Below, piece by piece: positions 24,094-36,355 of a stretch of DNA of 64,000 bases (position 1 is the stretch's first letter; the number at the start of each line of letters is the position of its first letter). The notes under the pieces were generated by a model that worked only from the letters and a program-made list of their open reading frames with translations, had not been told where the DNA came from and ran no database searches. Origin of the DNA: Octopus bimaculoides (lineage: Eukaryota); the NCBI RefSeq assembly GCF_001194135.2, contig NC_068995.1, forward strand, positions 57,831,137 to 57,895,136, given 5' to 3'. The position numbers and the translations under genes were made by a program.

Positions 24094-24768
24094 GTATGTA
24101 TATGTGTGGTGTGTGAATTAGTTTTTTATGTTGGTTTAGCTTTTGTATTAAACTGTATGAAAGTATGTATATATTTGTGTATATATTGGAGTTTGTATGT
24201 ATGCATATGTGTGTATGGATATGTATACGTGTGATAGACTTGTGTACATGTCTATCTCCCATGTTAGAGCAGTTGACTGTAAATGTGTATATTGCATGCA
24301 TATACACGCATCCATGCATGCATCCATGTATGCATTCATGCGTTTGTATATATAAATATATATGAGAGTGAGAGGCGGTGTATGCGTGTGTCTATGTATT
24401 TTGCGTGCATGTGTGCACGTGTGCATACAAATATTTTTTGTGTGCATTTACTTGTCTAGTTTTGTTTGCGTGTATATATGTATATTTGTAAGAGCGGCTA
24501 CAAAAGTGAGACTGGGTATGGGGGGGGGTGCGTGCGTGCGTGTGTATACGTGTGCAGATGTGTGCGAGTGCTTTCTGTGACTCGGAGAGTTTATATGTCT
24601 ATGCGTGAGTGAATGAATGTTTGTGCCGACCTATGTGTGTATGTGCTTGAGCGTGTATGTGGGTATGTAATATGCATGTGTGCGTCAATATTTACGCCTC
24701 TGTGTGTGTGTGTGTACCGATGCTTATTTGCATATTAGTGTATGCATTGCTGTGTGTATGTATGCTTG

Positions 24769-24803
<35 letters not shown>

Positions 24804-25304
24804 CTATATGTGTAAGAACTTGTGTGTGTGTGTGTGGACAGCGAATACTGCACAGCCTGTGTTGCTTCAAAGTATTTTTATTGGCAAAGATTGTGTCTTG
24901 AAGAGAGGCGAAAACGTCAGTGCCATCATTATCTCCACAAAATTCTTCAACTAATTTGCTAAAAAGTTTGATTGAAATGCCACATGCCAAAAATTTAATT
25001 AAAAGATAAAATTTCTGCCCCTGCAGACGTTAAAAACAAAATCATAATAATATTAATAATGATAATAATAATAATAATAATAATAATAGCGACGACGACG
25101 TTGATGCTTATGGTGATGGTGATGGTGGTGATTGCTGTGGTATGTTGTTGTTGTTGTTGTTATTATTATTATTTATAGGCACCTCTTTTATTGCTTCATG
25201 GGAAAGGAGAAAAGGAAATTACAAAAAAAATAGTATGTTGAACACAAACAAATATCATGCAATTGAAATTAAATAATATATACACAATAATATACCCATA
25301 TCAG

Positions 25305-25384
<80 letters not shown>

Positions 25385-26399
25385 GCACATAGATATGTAC
25401 ATGTACACACATGCACATGGAATGCATATACACAAGAGAGAAGCACACACACTTGTATATTAAAGCTTTTGTATGTGTGTGTGTGTGTGTGTGTGTGTGA
25501 TTTAAAAGGCGTCCCAATGAAAACACTGCAAATCAAAATACCTCACAACTCATTGAATAGTCTTTAACCAGAAATTGAACTTAGTTTCGTCGAGTCGAGG
25601 CTAAGTTTACTATTCTTCTTATCGACATTATTGAAAACTTAGCCTAATTTTTACTTTAAGTTGAGAGGAGCTGAAAAAGAAAGATTTCATTCTCCTCGCA
25701 ACGTTCAAATGTATTCCCTAAAGGACAACTGACGCCAACGCCTCCAGACGATAAAAGGAAAACGCTGGTCGCTCACTGCCATAAACTTAGGCACAATTCG
25801 GCTCCGTCCTATACAGTCCCTTGTCATTATCCGACAACTCAGCAATGCTCAGACTCTGGTTCACTGGTGGAGGTCGTTGTCATTGCATGCATCTCGAACG
25901 GCTTTGGTTGGTGACAATGGCGTGTCTGTTGAACTTTTATCTCAAACAAGCAATTCTACCATCGAAATATATGCGCCAGCGAGGCAGCCTCTACTTGCAA
26001 ATTCAACCTGCATGAAATAGTAGCTAAATTTCACTTAAATCACACTCTATTATCTTAAAAATGAACTCGTTAGACAATGTGCTTTGGTGTTCTTCCCTGC
26101 ACACAAGAAGCAGACGCGTTGGTCACGGTTAGAACGACTTTCATCACAAGTCTGCTCGATCAGGTTTGATCTGAGACTATAACAACTGCTTAGATGAAAG
26201 ATATTCTGGAGGTTGTTGTTGTTTAACCCCAAATGAACCCCAATCCCACACTTTCTGGTTATTACCATCCAGTCTCTTTAGAAGTATACGAGGGGAATAC
26301 ATTGCTATTTCTAGTAGATCGAGCAACCACGTACAGGGCCTCTTCCTCCTATTGGTCTGATGTATCAGCGGTAAAGGGGTGAGGTGAAATGAAAGAGAA

Positions 26400-27170
26400 G
26401 GTCTATGAAGTGAGGAAAGGACACAGAGAGAGAGAGAGGGAGATGTGTGTGAATGGGTGTGAAAAATATATAAGTGAACAAAAACAGAAAAAAAGGCAAA
26501 GAGGAATGACCGAATGAAGGACAAAAAAAAGAGAAAAGAGGGGAGAAGAGAGAAAAGGAAGAAACAAAGGAAATAAGAAAGGAAAAGCAAGGGGAAGACA
26601 AAAGTGAAAAAAAGGTGGGGAAAGGGAAACGAATGAAAGAAAAAATATATAAAACAGGAGATAGGAGAAAACAAAATACTGAATGAAAATGTAAATTAAA
26701 TGAATGAATTTTAAAGGAAATAAGAAAAAGAAGGAAAAAGAAAAGAGAAATGGAAGAAGAATGGGAAAATATTGAATGATGACAAAGGATTGAGGATAGA
26801 GAGGAATATGGCGGAAGAGGAAGCTAAAAGAAATAAAGAGATTAAAAAGACGAATAAAAGGAAGAAAATGAACAAAGGTGAAATAAGAGACNNNNNNNNN
26901 NNNNNNNNNNNNNNAGAAATAATGGAAGAAACGAAATCGAAAGGAAAAGTGAGAAAGAAGAAAATATGATGAGGAAAAAGAAATGAATGAAATATAAAAA
27001 ACACCAGCAAGTGGATGAATGAGTGCGAAGAAGAAAATAAAGAAGACAAAGGAAAAAAGAAGAGAGAATGAAGGAATGAAAGGTAATAAGAATGAAAGAA
27101 AGAAAGGAAGGAAGAAAGGAAAATAATTAAAGGAAGGAAGGAAGGGAAGAAGGTAGGTAGGAAGATTTCC
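26400..27170. repeat. GA-rich polypurine low-complexity tract
   Basis: Almost exclusively A/G on the + strand; it explains the F/L/S-rich minus-strand ORFs. Confidence 0.9.
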
Positions 27171-27259
27171 TGATTTGGGACGAGAACAATAGTCAAGAGA
27201 AGCATAATTTTCATTTTCCAAAATTCCATTCTCTGGTTCGATTGTCAGGACACACAAAT

Positions 27260-27620
27260 CAATGACTCAGCAGGTGAGTTCTTCATTCTCCCACCACCAC
27301 AAAAAGTTCCGGTGTAAAGCTTCAGGTTTTTCTCATTGTATCTTTGGGAATCTTTTTTAAGAATGATGACTTCTACTTCAGTTTGGCTCAGTGCGCTAGG
27401 ACAGCAATGTGCCAATCAACAACCCTCATGTCAACCTGATAATTCTATAAATAGCAAGAGGGTGATCTAAAGATCCATTGATGGTTAACTTCCTCGCCAT
27501 TTTGCAGTTAAGCTCCTCATATAAGGTCATGACCTATCGTAGAATCTAATGGGGAACACTTCAGTCGTACACCACATTCCCCAATCATCGGATTAACGTC
27601 TCATCGGATTAACATCTCTC
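27260..27620 (+). promoter_or_regulatory. Candidate promoter/enhancer island
   Basis: TGACTCAGCA (27263), GCCAATCA (27411), CTATAAATAG (27445), CGCCATTTTG (27496), AGGTCATGACCT (27524) and two GGATTA sites in unique sequence. Motif matches only. Confidence 0.4.
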
Positions 27621-28067
27621 TTACCCGACAAAAGGAGCTTCAAACTACCAAACCATACTTTTTCGACTTGCCGCCATTTATACTTAAAAATCGACAAAGT
27701 TCTTCAACAGCCGTCTGGATAAAGCAGCTTGAGCGTTGCTCTGTTGACATTCTTGGTTATTTTACCAAATTGCAAATCGTTTGCACAAAAAAAAAACAGT
27801 ACTGCGTTATGTTGTCATTCAAGAAATATTCATTGGATAGGATCGTATGAATTGGACGCCATAAGGGGTTTTCAGCAGCACAAATCGACGCCAAGGAATT
27901 GACGTTTTTCTTTCGGTTTTAATGTCTGGTGTTTAATCTATCGGTCTTTTTTTTACCGAACCATTGCGAGGGCATAAAACAAACAAACGCCGGTTATCGA
28001 GCGGTGGCTGGGGTGACAAACACAGACACAAAGATATACACACACACACTTTTATTGACAAATAAAC

Positions 28068-28117
<50 letters not shown>

Positions 28118-28124
28118 AAGAGAG

Positions 28125-28290
28125 ACGACCTTCCACACTATTTCTGCCTACTAAATTCCCTAACCAGACTTTGGTTGGCTTGAGGCTATAGTAGAAGACA
28201 TTTGCCCGAGGTGCCGTGCAGTGGGACTGAACTTGAAACCACGCGGTTACAAAGTGAGCTTCTTAACCATTGTGCCATGCATTCGCCTAC
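28125..28290 (-). mobile_element. SINE family C head
   Basis: GAGGCTATAGTAGAAGACATTTGCCCGAGGTGCCGTGCAGTGGGACTGAAC; abuts (TG)n(AG)n. Confidence 0.85.
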
Positions 28291-28748
28291 ACAAAAAAGG
28301 TGCAAGACTGACATTGCTATTAGTCGTATCTTGCATTTGCCATAGATTAGAGTGAAAAGTGGACCTGGCTGAAGGGAGAGAGAGAGAGAGAGGATGATAC
28401 AGAGAAACGACCTGGCCCACTCTATTGAAACCATAAACTACTGACAAGATTAATAGTCGCACATACACACACATATCACTATATTAGTTTCGATAATTGA
28501 AATTTAAGAGAACGCTTTTTAAGCATTGTAAATTATGAAATTGAACAGAAAGTTTGATAGCCGTGAACAAAACCTTGTTTTACAAAAAACATTCCATTTT
28601 CTTCCTACATTTTTATTAGATGGAAACAGAAACAAACCCGCCGCCGTATATGTGAATATATATTGCTCTTGAAAAAAACTGAGGAAGCTTCAAACCTCCT
28701 GGAATGCATCTCGTGTGTTGTGTATATATATATATACACACATTATTT

Positions 28749-28889
28749 CAGCTAGGGGCGGTGGAGGCGATCCGCCCCAGGCAGCACCTTTGGGTTTGCT
28801 GTAGGCAATATTTTTTTTTTTGTGGGGGGGTCTGGGGGCAGCAAGCGAAAGGGCCGCCCCGGGCGGCACACACTCTAGCGACGCCAGTG
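28749..28889. mobile_element. Short GC-rich non-autonomous DNA element (MITE, CAGTGGCGTAGC-like termini, hAT-like)
   Basis: The right end CTAGCGACGCCAGTG and the eroded left end CAG-CTAGGGGCGG flank an abrupt GC-rich island. Superfamily assignment is inference. Confidence 0.45.
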
Positions 28890-29139
28890 TGTGTGTGTAT
28901 GTATATATATATATATATATACATATATATANNNNNNNNNNNNNNNNNNNNNNNNNNNNNNNNNNNNNNNNNNNNNNNNNNNNNNNNNNNNNNNNNNNNN
29001 NNNNATATATATATATATAGTATGCACTTCATTCATTTTCCGTCCACCAGATCATCTCACAAGGCTTTGGCTGGTCCAGGACTATAGTAGACATTTGTTT
29101 TGGATGCCGCGTAGGTGGATTGAACCCGGATTGGTCATG

Positions 29140-29380
29140 ATTGTTGTGTTGTTGATGTTACAGTAAATGTTATTGCAATGTTGCCTGTTTCGTTGTTATT
29201 GCCCAGGCAACCCCTGGTCAAGCTGGCTAGTAATTGAAGGTGCTCCAACCGTGATGAACCCGACTTTATATATCTAATACTACGTGAGTCATTCCTTTGT
29301 TTAAGATTTGAGGGATATTTTGCTGCTTTTTCCGGCAGATTTAGCGTGCGCGTAGAGGTTTCCTCGCTGGTTGCTGTATA
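29140..29380 (-). mobile_element. Interspersed repeat family E (AAC-tailed, unclassified)
   Basis: GAGGGATATTTTGCTGCT..CAGA..CGTAGAGG motif; also at 2990-3110(+), 26200-26360, 39770-40200(+), 46130-46500 and 46745-47090. Confidence 0.5.
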
Positions 29381-30297
29381 TGTTAGGTGCCAGGGTTTGG
29401 GCGTTTAATAGTTGCTATTTAACCACAGATCAGACCCGACTTACACACATTTGCCAATGTAGTCTTCACTTTAAGAAGGTTAGGTCTGATCTTTCTAACA
29501 AAGCAAGCAAACACGTAGCAACTACTTCGAGGATTCGTAGCGAATGCTTATTGTTATTCAGTCAGTTAGTTATTTTCTGGTGTTGTTAGTTACTATTTTT
29601 TTTTTTTTGGTGTTGTTATATTGATTTGCTGTAGAGTGAGGAGTGGTGGCCACACCCATCGCAGACCCACAGCAAAATATTGGCGGGTGGGGAGTTCCAA
29701 AGGGCCAACATTCTGAGAAGAATGAACTGCGTGTAGTGTTTTAAAAAGTGCCTGGAAAATGAGTGTACGAACAGAATGGGTGACGGGAAGGAAACGAAGA
29801 AACGAGTGAGTCGGATGCGTCTGAGAGAAGACAACATGCGACCAATCAACTCCGAGCAGAGGCCACTGTTGGAGAGGTAGAAGAGAGAGGGGGGAGAGAG
29901 AAAGGAGACAGCATGCATGAGAGTCAGGAGACGGGGTACATTAGCTCCTTTCCAGTCATTCTAATAGCCCTTCTTTCACTTTGGTCCATGGTGTTTGTAT
30001 GTAGTAGCAACACAAGCGTCCAAAATGTGAGAGCAGTATTTTAAGTTGGGTCTCTCACCGGAGCTATGTTCCCTACTGAAGTATTTCGTCGCTCTGAAGG
30101 GTTAGACAAATTTTTATGAAGCAGTTTTAGGTTATCCTCTGTAGATGCCTGGATAAATATACAAACTATATATATATATATACATACACACACACACTCA
30201 CACATAGGGAGAGAGAGAGAACTAGAGATAGACAGATATACATGCATGTGTGTGTATGTATGTATGAATGTATGTATGTATGTATGTATATATATAA

Positions 30298-30342
<45 letters not shown>

Positions 30343-30445
30343 GTANNNNNNNNNNNNNNNNNNNNNNNNNNNNNNNNNNNNNNNNNNNNNNNNNNNNNNN
30401 NNNNNNNNNNNNNNNNNNNNNNNNNNNNNNNNNNNNNNNNNNNNN

Positions 30446-30478
<33 letters not shown>

Positions 30479-30687
30479 TTTTACAGTCATTAAACTTTAG
30501 CCATGCCTCGGTATGGCCTTGAAGAGTTTAGTGGAAGAAATCAACTCCAATAGATTTTTAAGGCAGGTTTTTATTTTGCCAGTCTCTCTTTGTTGAACGG
30601 GGACGTAAGCAATCAATCCTCTAATGTCAGGCGGTTGTTGGAGAGTAGTATAAATGCAAAGACACCCTCCCCCCACACACTCATACG

Positions 30688-30825
30688 CGACGAGGTTCTT
30701 TCAATTTCTGTCTACCAAATCCACTTACGAGGTTGTGTCCAGCCCAGGGTGTCACGCAGTGGGACTGAATCCAGAACCATGTAGTTAGGAAGCAAGCTTT
30801 TTAATACACTGTCACGCTGCGCCTA
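30688..30825 (-). mobile_element. SINE family C head
   Basis: TTTCTGTCTACCAAATCCACT..CACGCAGTGGGACTGAATCCAGAACCATGTAGTTAGGAAGCAAGC. Confidence 0.8.
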
Positions 30826-30834
30826 TATATACAC

Positions 30835-30906
30835 AGAGATGGCCAAAATTCACTTTACCCATTTCTTTATTATTAGAAATGGGTAAAGTGACTTATGGCC
30901 ATCTCT
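30835..30906. repeat. 72-bp near-perfect palindrome (32-bp arms, 2 mismatches, 8-nt loop); probable mini-MITE
   Basis: AGAGATGGCCAAAATTCACTTTACCCATTTCT-TTATTATT-AGAAATGGGTAAAGTGACTTATGGCCATCTCT, in TA-rich flanks. Confidence 0.9.
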
Positions 30907-31734
30907 CTATATGTTTGCATGTATGTATGTATGTATGTATGTATGGACGATAGTCAATGTTAGATGTCTTAACTAGAACTGATCAGTACAGATAGTAGAG
31001 TTGTGATAGCTGAGCTAATGAAACTCTACTTTAGGTAATTCGGACATTTTTGTTTTGACGTGTAGAGTCTTGTTACCATAGTAGCCACCTGTTTCGTTTC
31101 AGGAAATGTTTGTAAAGATGCAATAGCGATGAAGATAAATTACAGTAGGTCCGTGTGAGTGTGAGATTGTGTTCGCGTGAGCGTAGCGTCTGTTTGAAAG
31201 GAGAGTTGGTTTTCGTCTGGAAAGAGAGAGCGAACCCTAAATAGAGAGAAAGGAAAAAGTAAATGATAGGTATTATAGGCCGAGAGTGTGATGGAGAGAG
31301 ATACTGCGAACGAGAGGTCGTCTATGTGTTTCAGTGGGTGGCCGGGTAGGGGCGGTGAGAGCGGATATTCAAATGCAAATACAAAGATAAAATGATATTC
31401 AGCGTTGAAATGAATGTGGTGAAAAGATAGATATAAAGAGGGAGGGAGGGAGGAGGAACTACAGAAGTGAGGGAGGGAGGTAAGTCGCTGATAAGGATGA
31501 AGAGATATCAGAGTTTTGTACATATGTATGTGTGTCTATGTGTGCGTGCGTTTATGTGCAAGAGTGTGTGCTTTTGCTTATACTTTTGTATACATAATTA
31601 AAATCACGGCCTTTCGTGCAGTCTCCTTGGTTTCTGATGCGCACACACACACTCCGATATTAGACTATTTAACTCAGTCAATGCAAGGTGATCGCTTATA
31701 AGCTTGTATATAAACGACGGGTCTTAAAAAAAAA

Positions 31735-31868
31735 ATGTCCGTCTACCAAACCCTCTCACAAAGCTTCCGGGGCTATACAGAAGACTCTTATCCAAGGTGC
31801 CACGCAGCAGGACTGAACCCCGAACCATGTAACCGAGAAGCAAGATTCTACACAGTCACGCTGCGCCT
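31735..31868 (-). mobile_element. SINE family C head
   Basis: GGGGCTATACAGAAGACTCTTATCCAAGGTGCCACGCAGCAGGACTGAACCC. Confidence 0.8.
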
Positions 31869-31999
31869 ATACTGGAACATTCATATCCAACGTTTACCAA
31901 GTGCAAGCATGACAAGTCGGATATTGTTATTTAGGACAGACAAGAAAAAGTATGTACCGTTATAGAGAGCAACTGCTGATGTGAATATCTCTTCAAAAA

Positions 32000-32240
32000 T
32001 CAAAGAAAAAAAAGGGGATAACAACGGATAACTGTTTCGAAACTTACGGCTTCGAAACCCAGATCATAAATTCACATTTACACCAATTGGTGCATTTGGT
32101 TTTGCGAGTAAATGCCTAAATGACAATCTGGATATGTTAGGGTTTTCAGAAAAACAAATCAATCGGATCGAACAATACAAATACAATCTGAAAGCGGAAG
32201 AGTAAAAATGTGCGAGACTTTTTCTCAGGTTTAAAGTGTG
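32000..32240 (+). pseudogene. RLE LINE C-terminal fragment, same family as 8225-8620
   Basis: LFRNLRLRNPDHKFTFTPIGAFGFASKCLNDNLDMLGFSEKQINRI aligns with LLRNLQLLDPNYKFRFIPVIIGALGYVIHCLNTNFEKLDFS. Confidence 0.7.
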
Positions 32241-33159
32241 TCTTCGTTTCTGTTATCTACTTTCCAGCAATGGAGTTTTGTATCTTCGTTAGGAACCAGA
32301 ACTTTCCTTACAGGAAGATCTTAAATAGTGAAAAGCTGAAGACAACATAACACACACACACACACACACACAATACGTGTATAAGAACAGTAGCAACAAC
32401 AGAAACAATTGTTGGAACAATTAATATTTCAACATATTGCCGAGTACAGCGCAAGTCTGTGCACAACATCCAGAAGACATTGGTTGATCGCCTGTGTAAC
32501 AATGGCGTTCTTAATTCGTTCTGCTGTCGCAACGCTTAACATTTCTCCATTCGCTCTTTCTCTCTCTTGTTTGTTAAAGCAACGTTCCGCTTGGTTGGCA
32601 CAAACAGCATCTGATGAAGTTGAGAACCTCCGGCAACAAACAGACTAGATTGGAAAAAGATGTGGACGTGTGAGAGATGTGACTATGTCAAGTGAGAGAA
32701 ACAAGGAAAAAGGTGAAGAACGAGAGAGAGAGAAAGAGAGGAAACTGGTGAAAAGGGAGAAACAGAGAAAGAGGGAGAGACAGGCGGACAAGAAGGGAGC
32801 GAAAAGGGAGAGACAGGAAGAGAAAAAAGGAGAGGAAGAGATAGAGAGAGGAAAGGAGCGAGGGAGAGAGAGAAAGGAAGTGAAGAGAGAGAGAGAGTAA
32901 GAGACAGCGAGCATGAATATGAGAGAGAGAGAAAGACAGAGAAAGAAAGTGAGGGATGAGGTAAAAATGAGAACGGCCGATAGAGAAAGAGAGAAATGTT
33001 TAAAGGTGAGTGTGAAAAGCCAAAATGGAAGAAGAATGAAAGGATGGAGGAGAGGGAAAAAGAATGAGAAAAGACAAGGAAAAAGAAAGCAGCAGATAGA
33101 AAAGGAGAAGCAAAAAGGAGAAAAGAAATAAAAAGAAAAAAGTGAGGAGAGAGAGATGA

Positions 33160-33703
33160 GATGAATAGACAGGAAGACAGATAGACAGGTAGATGGATAG
33201 ATAGAGAGATGGATAGAGAGAGAGATGGATAGACAGGTAGATGGACAGATAGATAGATAGATGGACAGACAGGTAGATAGACAGATAGATGGACAGACAG
33301 GTAGATAGACAGATAGATGGACAGACAGGTAGATAGACAGATAGATGGACAGACAGGTAGATAGACAGATAGATGGACAGACATAGACAGATAGATGGAC
33401 AGACAGGTAGATAGACAGATAGATGGACAGACAGGTAGATAGACAGATAGATGGACAGACGGGTAGATAGACAGATAGATGGACAGACAGGTAGATAGAC
33501 AGATAGATGGACAGACAGGTAGATGGATAGATAGATAGATAGATAGATGGACAGACAGGTAGGTAGACAGATAGATGGACAGACAGGTAGATGGATAGAT
33601 AGAGAGATGGATAGATGGACAGACAGATGGATAGATAGATAGATAGATAGATAGATAGCTGGACAGACAGATAGACAGATAGATGGACAGACAGGTAGAT
33701 AGA
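33160..33703 (+). repeat. Higher-order 28-bp satellite GATGGACAGACAGGTAGATAGACAGATA built from tetramers, preceded by a GA-rich tract 32680-33160
   Basis: More than 10 recognisable 28-bp units; it generates the spurious 397-aa ORF 32683-33876. Confidence 0.9.
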
Positions 33704-33859
33704 TATAATGTTAGAAATGTATGAGTGTGACTGTGTGTGTGTGTGGGGGGGGGGCGTTGTGTATGTATATACATGTCGTGTGTACGTGCGTGTGTATGCA
33801 TGTATATATATATGTGTGTGTGTGTGTGTTTATATGTATGTAAATAGTTGGAATTTACA

Positions 33860-34005
33860 AAAAAAAACAACAACAACCGACGAAGACAGGTGTAAACAAC
33901 AAACAGGTGTATTAGCTCGGGAAGGTGAGAAAGTCTTTAACGTTTCGAGCCTTCGCTCTTCAACAGAAAGGAACACGAGAAAATAAACAGAGAGAACAAA
34001 AAATG
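33860..34005 (-). mobile_element. Penelope-like terminal segment carrying a hammerhead-like motif (33935-33970)
   Basis: Minus strand: CTTT-CTGTTGA-A-GAGC-gaag-GCTC-GAAA-CGT-T-AAAG (stem I, core with A6 replaced by U, stem II, palindromic stem III). Confidence 0.6.
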
Positions 34006-34163
34006 CTTTAGTGGCGAGCGGTCGATCATGGCAATGGCCGGACGTATATATATATATACACACACACACATATATATATATATATGTATATACACACACA
34101 CATATATATATGTATATATACACACATACACACACATATATATATATACATNNNNNNNNNNTA

Positions 34164-34215
<52 letters not shown>

Positions 34216-34567
34216 TACATGTAAATATAAATATATATGTATGTATGAATATAGATGCATATATATGTAATATATTTATACGTGTGTGAGTAAGTGTATG
34301 AGTGCTTCTATTTGAGAGAGAAAGAAAGAGGAGGGTGTGTATGTATAGGAGTCGGGGAGCATACATGTGTCCGTATAGGCGTGCGACAACTGTAGAACTA
34401 GACAGGTTTTTATGTGACTATATAATAAATATTATAGGCAAGTGTCTAGAAGATTCATTTGACTTAATTAGCTTTTCGCTCCATATTCATGTTTTACTTG
34501 ACTATCTGTGTGGGGTTGGCAAAGAGATGAGCGGAAGACTCGGTCGAAAGGTATTTTCTCTACTAAC

Positions 34568-34643
<76 letters not shown>

Positions 34644-35870
34644 GTGTGCGTGCGTGTGTGCAAATGATATTTTACATATATTAGTGTCTATTAATGTTGA
34701 AATTGTATCCAAACAATCATCGCCCAAACCCCGCCGCCGCCGCTGTTAAGAACAGCATAAACAACCACAACCACCCCACACACACTTACACCCTCATGCT
34801 GACAAATACATACAGACAACCATGAACGCACATACAGATACATACCTGCGCACACACACACACATGCACATATGTCTGCAAGTGTTTGTGAGTAATAAAG
34901 TCACACCAGAATTTGCTATTACAGCTATCATCATAACTGTTTCTGTTTTGAGTTTGTGGGCGAATTTCATGATTATTCATAATTATATGACAGAATACCT
35001 TGAGAAATTTAGTTATAGCCTTTTATGCTCTGAGTTCGATTCCTGCTAATGCATTGTTTATTTTCTTAATTCTTTAGCTTTACTAAAATAAAATAATTTA
35101 CAGTGACTTTCATCAAAAATAAGATCTTTTCTTGAGACCTAGGACTTACGACGAAATTGATCATCTGGTTTCCAGGGCGAGGAACTGACCGAGATCACAA
35201 TTCTCCTTGAACGAGATGCCAGGTTCAAGGTCAACAACAACAACAACACACACACTAGAAACAGCTGTGAGCTAATGGAATTCATTGTTCCTTTATATTA
35301 TTATTATTATTATTAACATCATTGTGCTTGTTATTGCTGTTGTTGTCCGTCTATCGACACGTGTTGCACATCGCTCGCGTAAGTTTTTTATTTATATCTT
35401 ACACAAAGTTATATATTGTGCATTCATTATCGTTATGTAGATAAAATATTGAGGGCCTTAGGGCGCTGGATAGTTTTTCTCCACCTGTATCCCTTAGGGG
35501 CTAAACTGGGATGTGTATAGTAAATACAGCGGATCAACCAAGCATCGAGGTTATCCTGGACTTCATAGTACTACCAGATGGCACAAAGCTTCACGAGGCT
35601 GTTGAGGGCAAATGGCCGAGATGGCACCTGTGCAAAGGGACAAACCACCTCGAAGCCTTTTGCCCACAACAAGGAAACTAACACTCCTACTGACACCACC
35701 ACTACAACAACAACAACAACAACAGAAAAATAGCAGCAACAGCACCAACAGAGGCTGGTGGCCACAACATCACCAACTACATGACCGAAACTTACGGCTG
35801 CGTTAGCAGTAGCAACAATTACCGCAGCATCTACGGCAGCATCCACAGCAGCAGCACTATCACCACCACC

Positions 35871-36188
35871 GCTAAGGCGCGTGCCCTAAGAAACGAGGGG
35901 ACGAAAGCCGTTCGACGGGCCCTAGTGGCAGAAGGGCAGCGTGATAAATATACAAAATTTTGAAATCTGCGTTCAACAGCGTTTATGGGCTTAAATTTTT
36001 CTTTTGACTCCTCCCCCCACCCTTGTTTGGGTCCTTTCTCAGCAGTTCCACCGCTCCTCGACTCACAGAACTAGGAATTCTCCCTTTTTGTTGCCAGTTG
36101 CAGCAGATATCTGCTAAGTGCACCATTTTGGTCCGTCAAAAAACCGAACGGCTTTCGTGCCCTCGTTTCTCAGAGAATGCGCCTTAGC
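35871..36188. mobile_element. MITE with ~44-bp terminal inverted repeats
   Basis: 35871-35913 GCTAAGGCGC..GAAACGAGGGACGAAAGCCGTTCG versus 36145-36188 CGAACGGCTTTCGTGCCCTCGTTTC..GCGCCTTAGC (4 mismatches, 1 indel). TA or TWA target duplication is possible. Confidence 0.85.
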
Positions 36189-36355
36189 TTTGATAATGTT
36201 TAGTTCATAATTAACGGTGGAAAATTAGTCCAGGGACGATTCGCCACCATCACATTGGTTTCGATGCTTTTCCTAAGCGCTTTCTAAGTTTTTGATTGTT
36301 AGCAAAGAGGTTCACGCTTGTCGAGGAACTGATTGTTGATGCGATACATCATAGA

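Noticed and set aside
25730-26020. ~96-codon stop-free frame without ATG, and similar frames at 22225-22440, 39400-39520 and 56830-57037
   Set aside because: No recognisable domain and no coherent start or splice structure.
29427-29492. 10-bp inverted repeat AGATCAGACC/GGTCTGATCT as a pre-miRNA
   Set aside because: The interior pairs poorly, with a large asymmetric loop.
32611-32650. CTGATGA-A-GTTG..CAAC-AAAC hammerhead-like motif
   Set aside because: G12 is missing and there is no stem I or stem III pairing.
32683-33876. 397-aa ORF (longest in the window)
   Set aside because: It is a translation of the GAYA satellite and GA-rich tract (LSIYLS repeats), with no coding signal.
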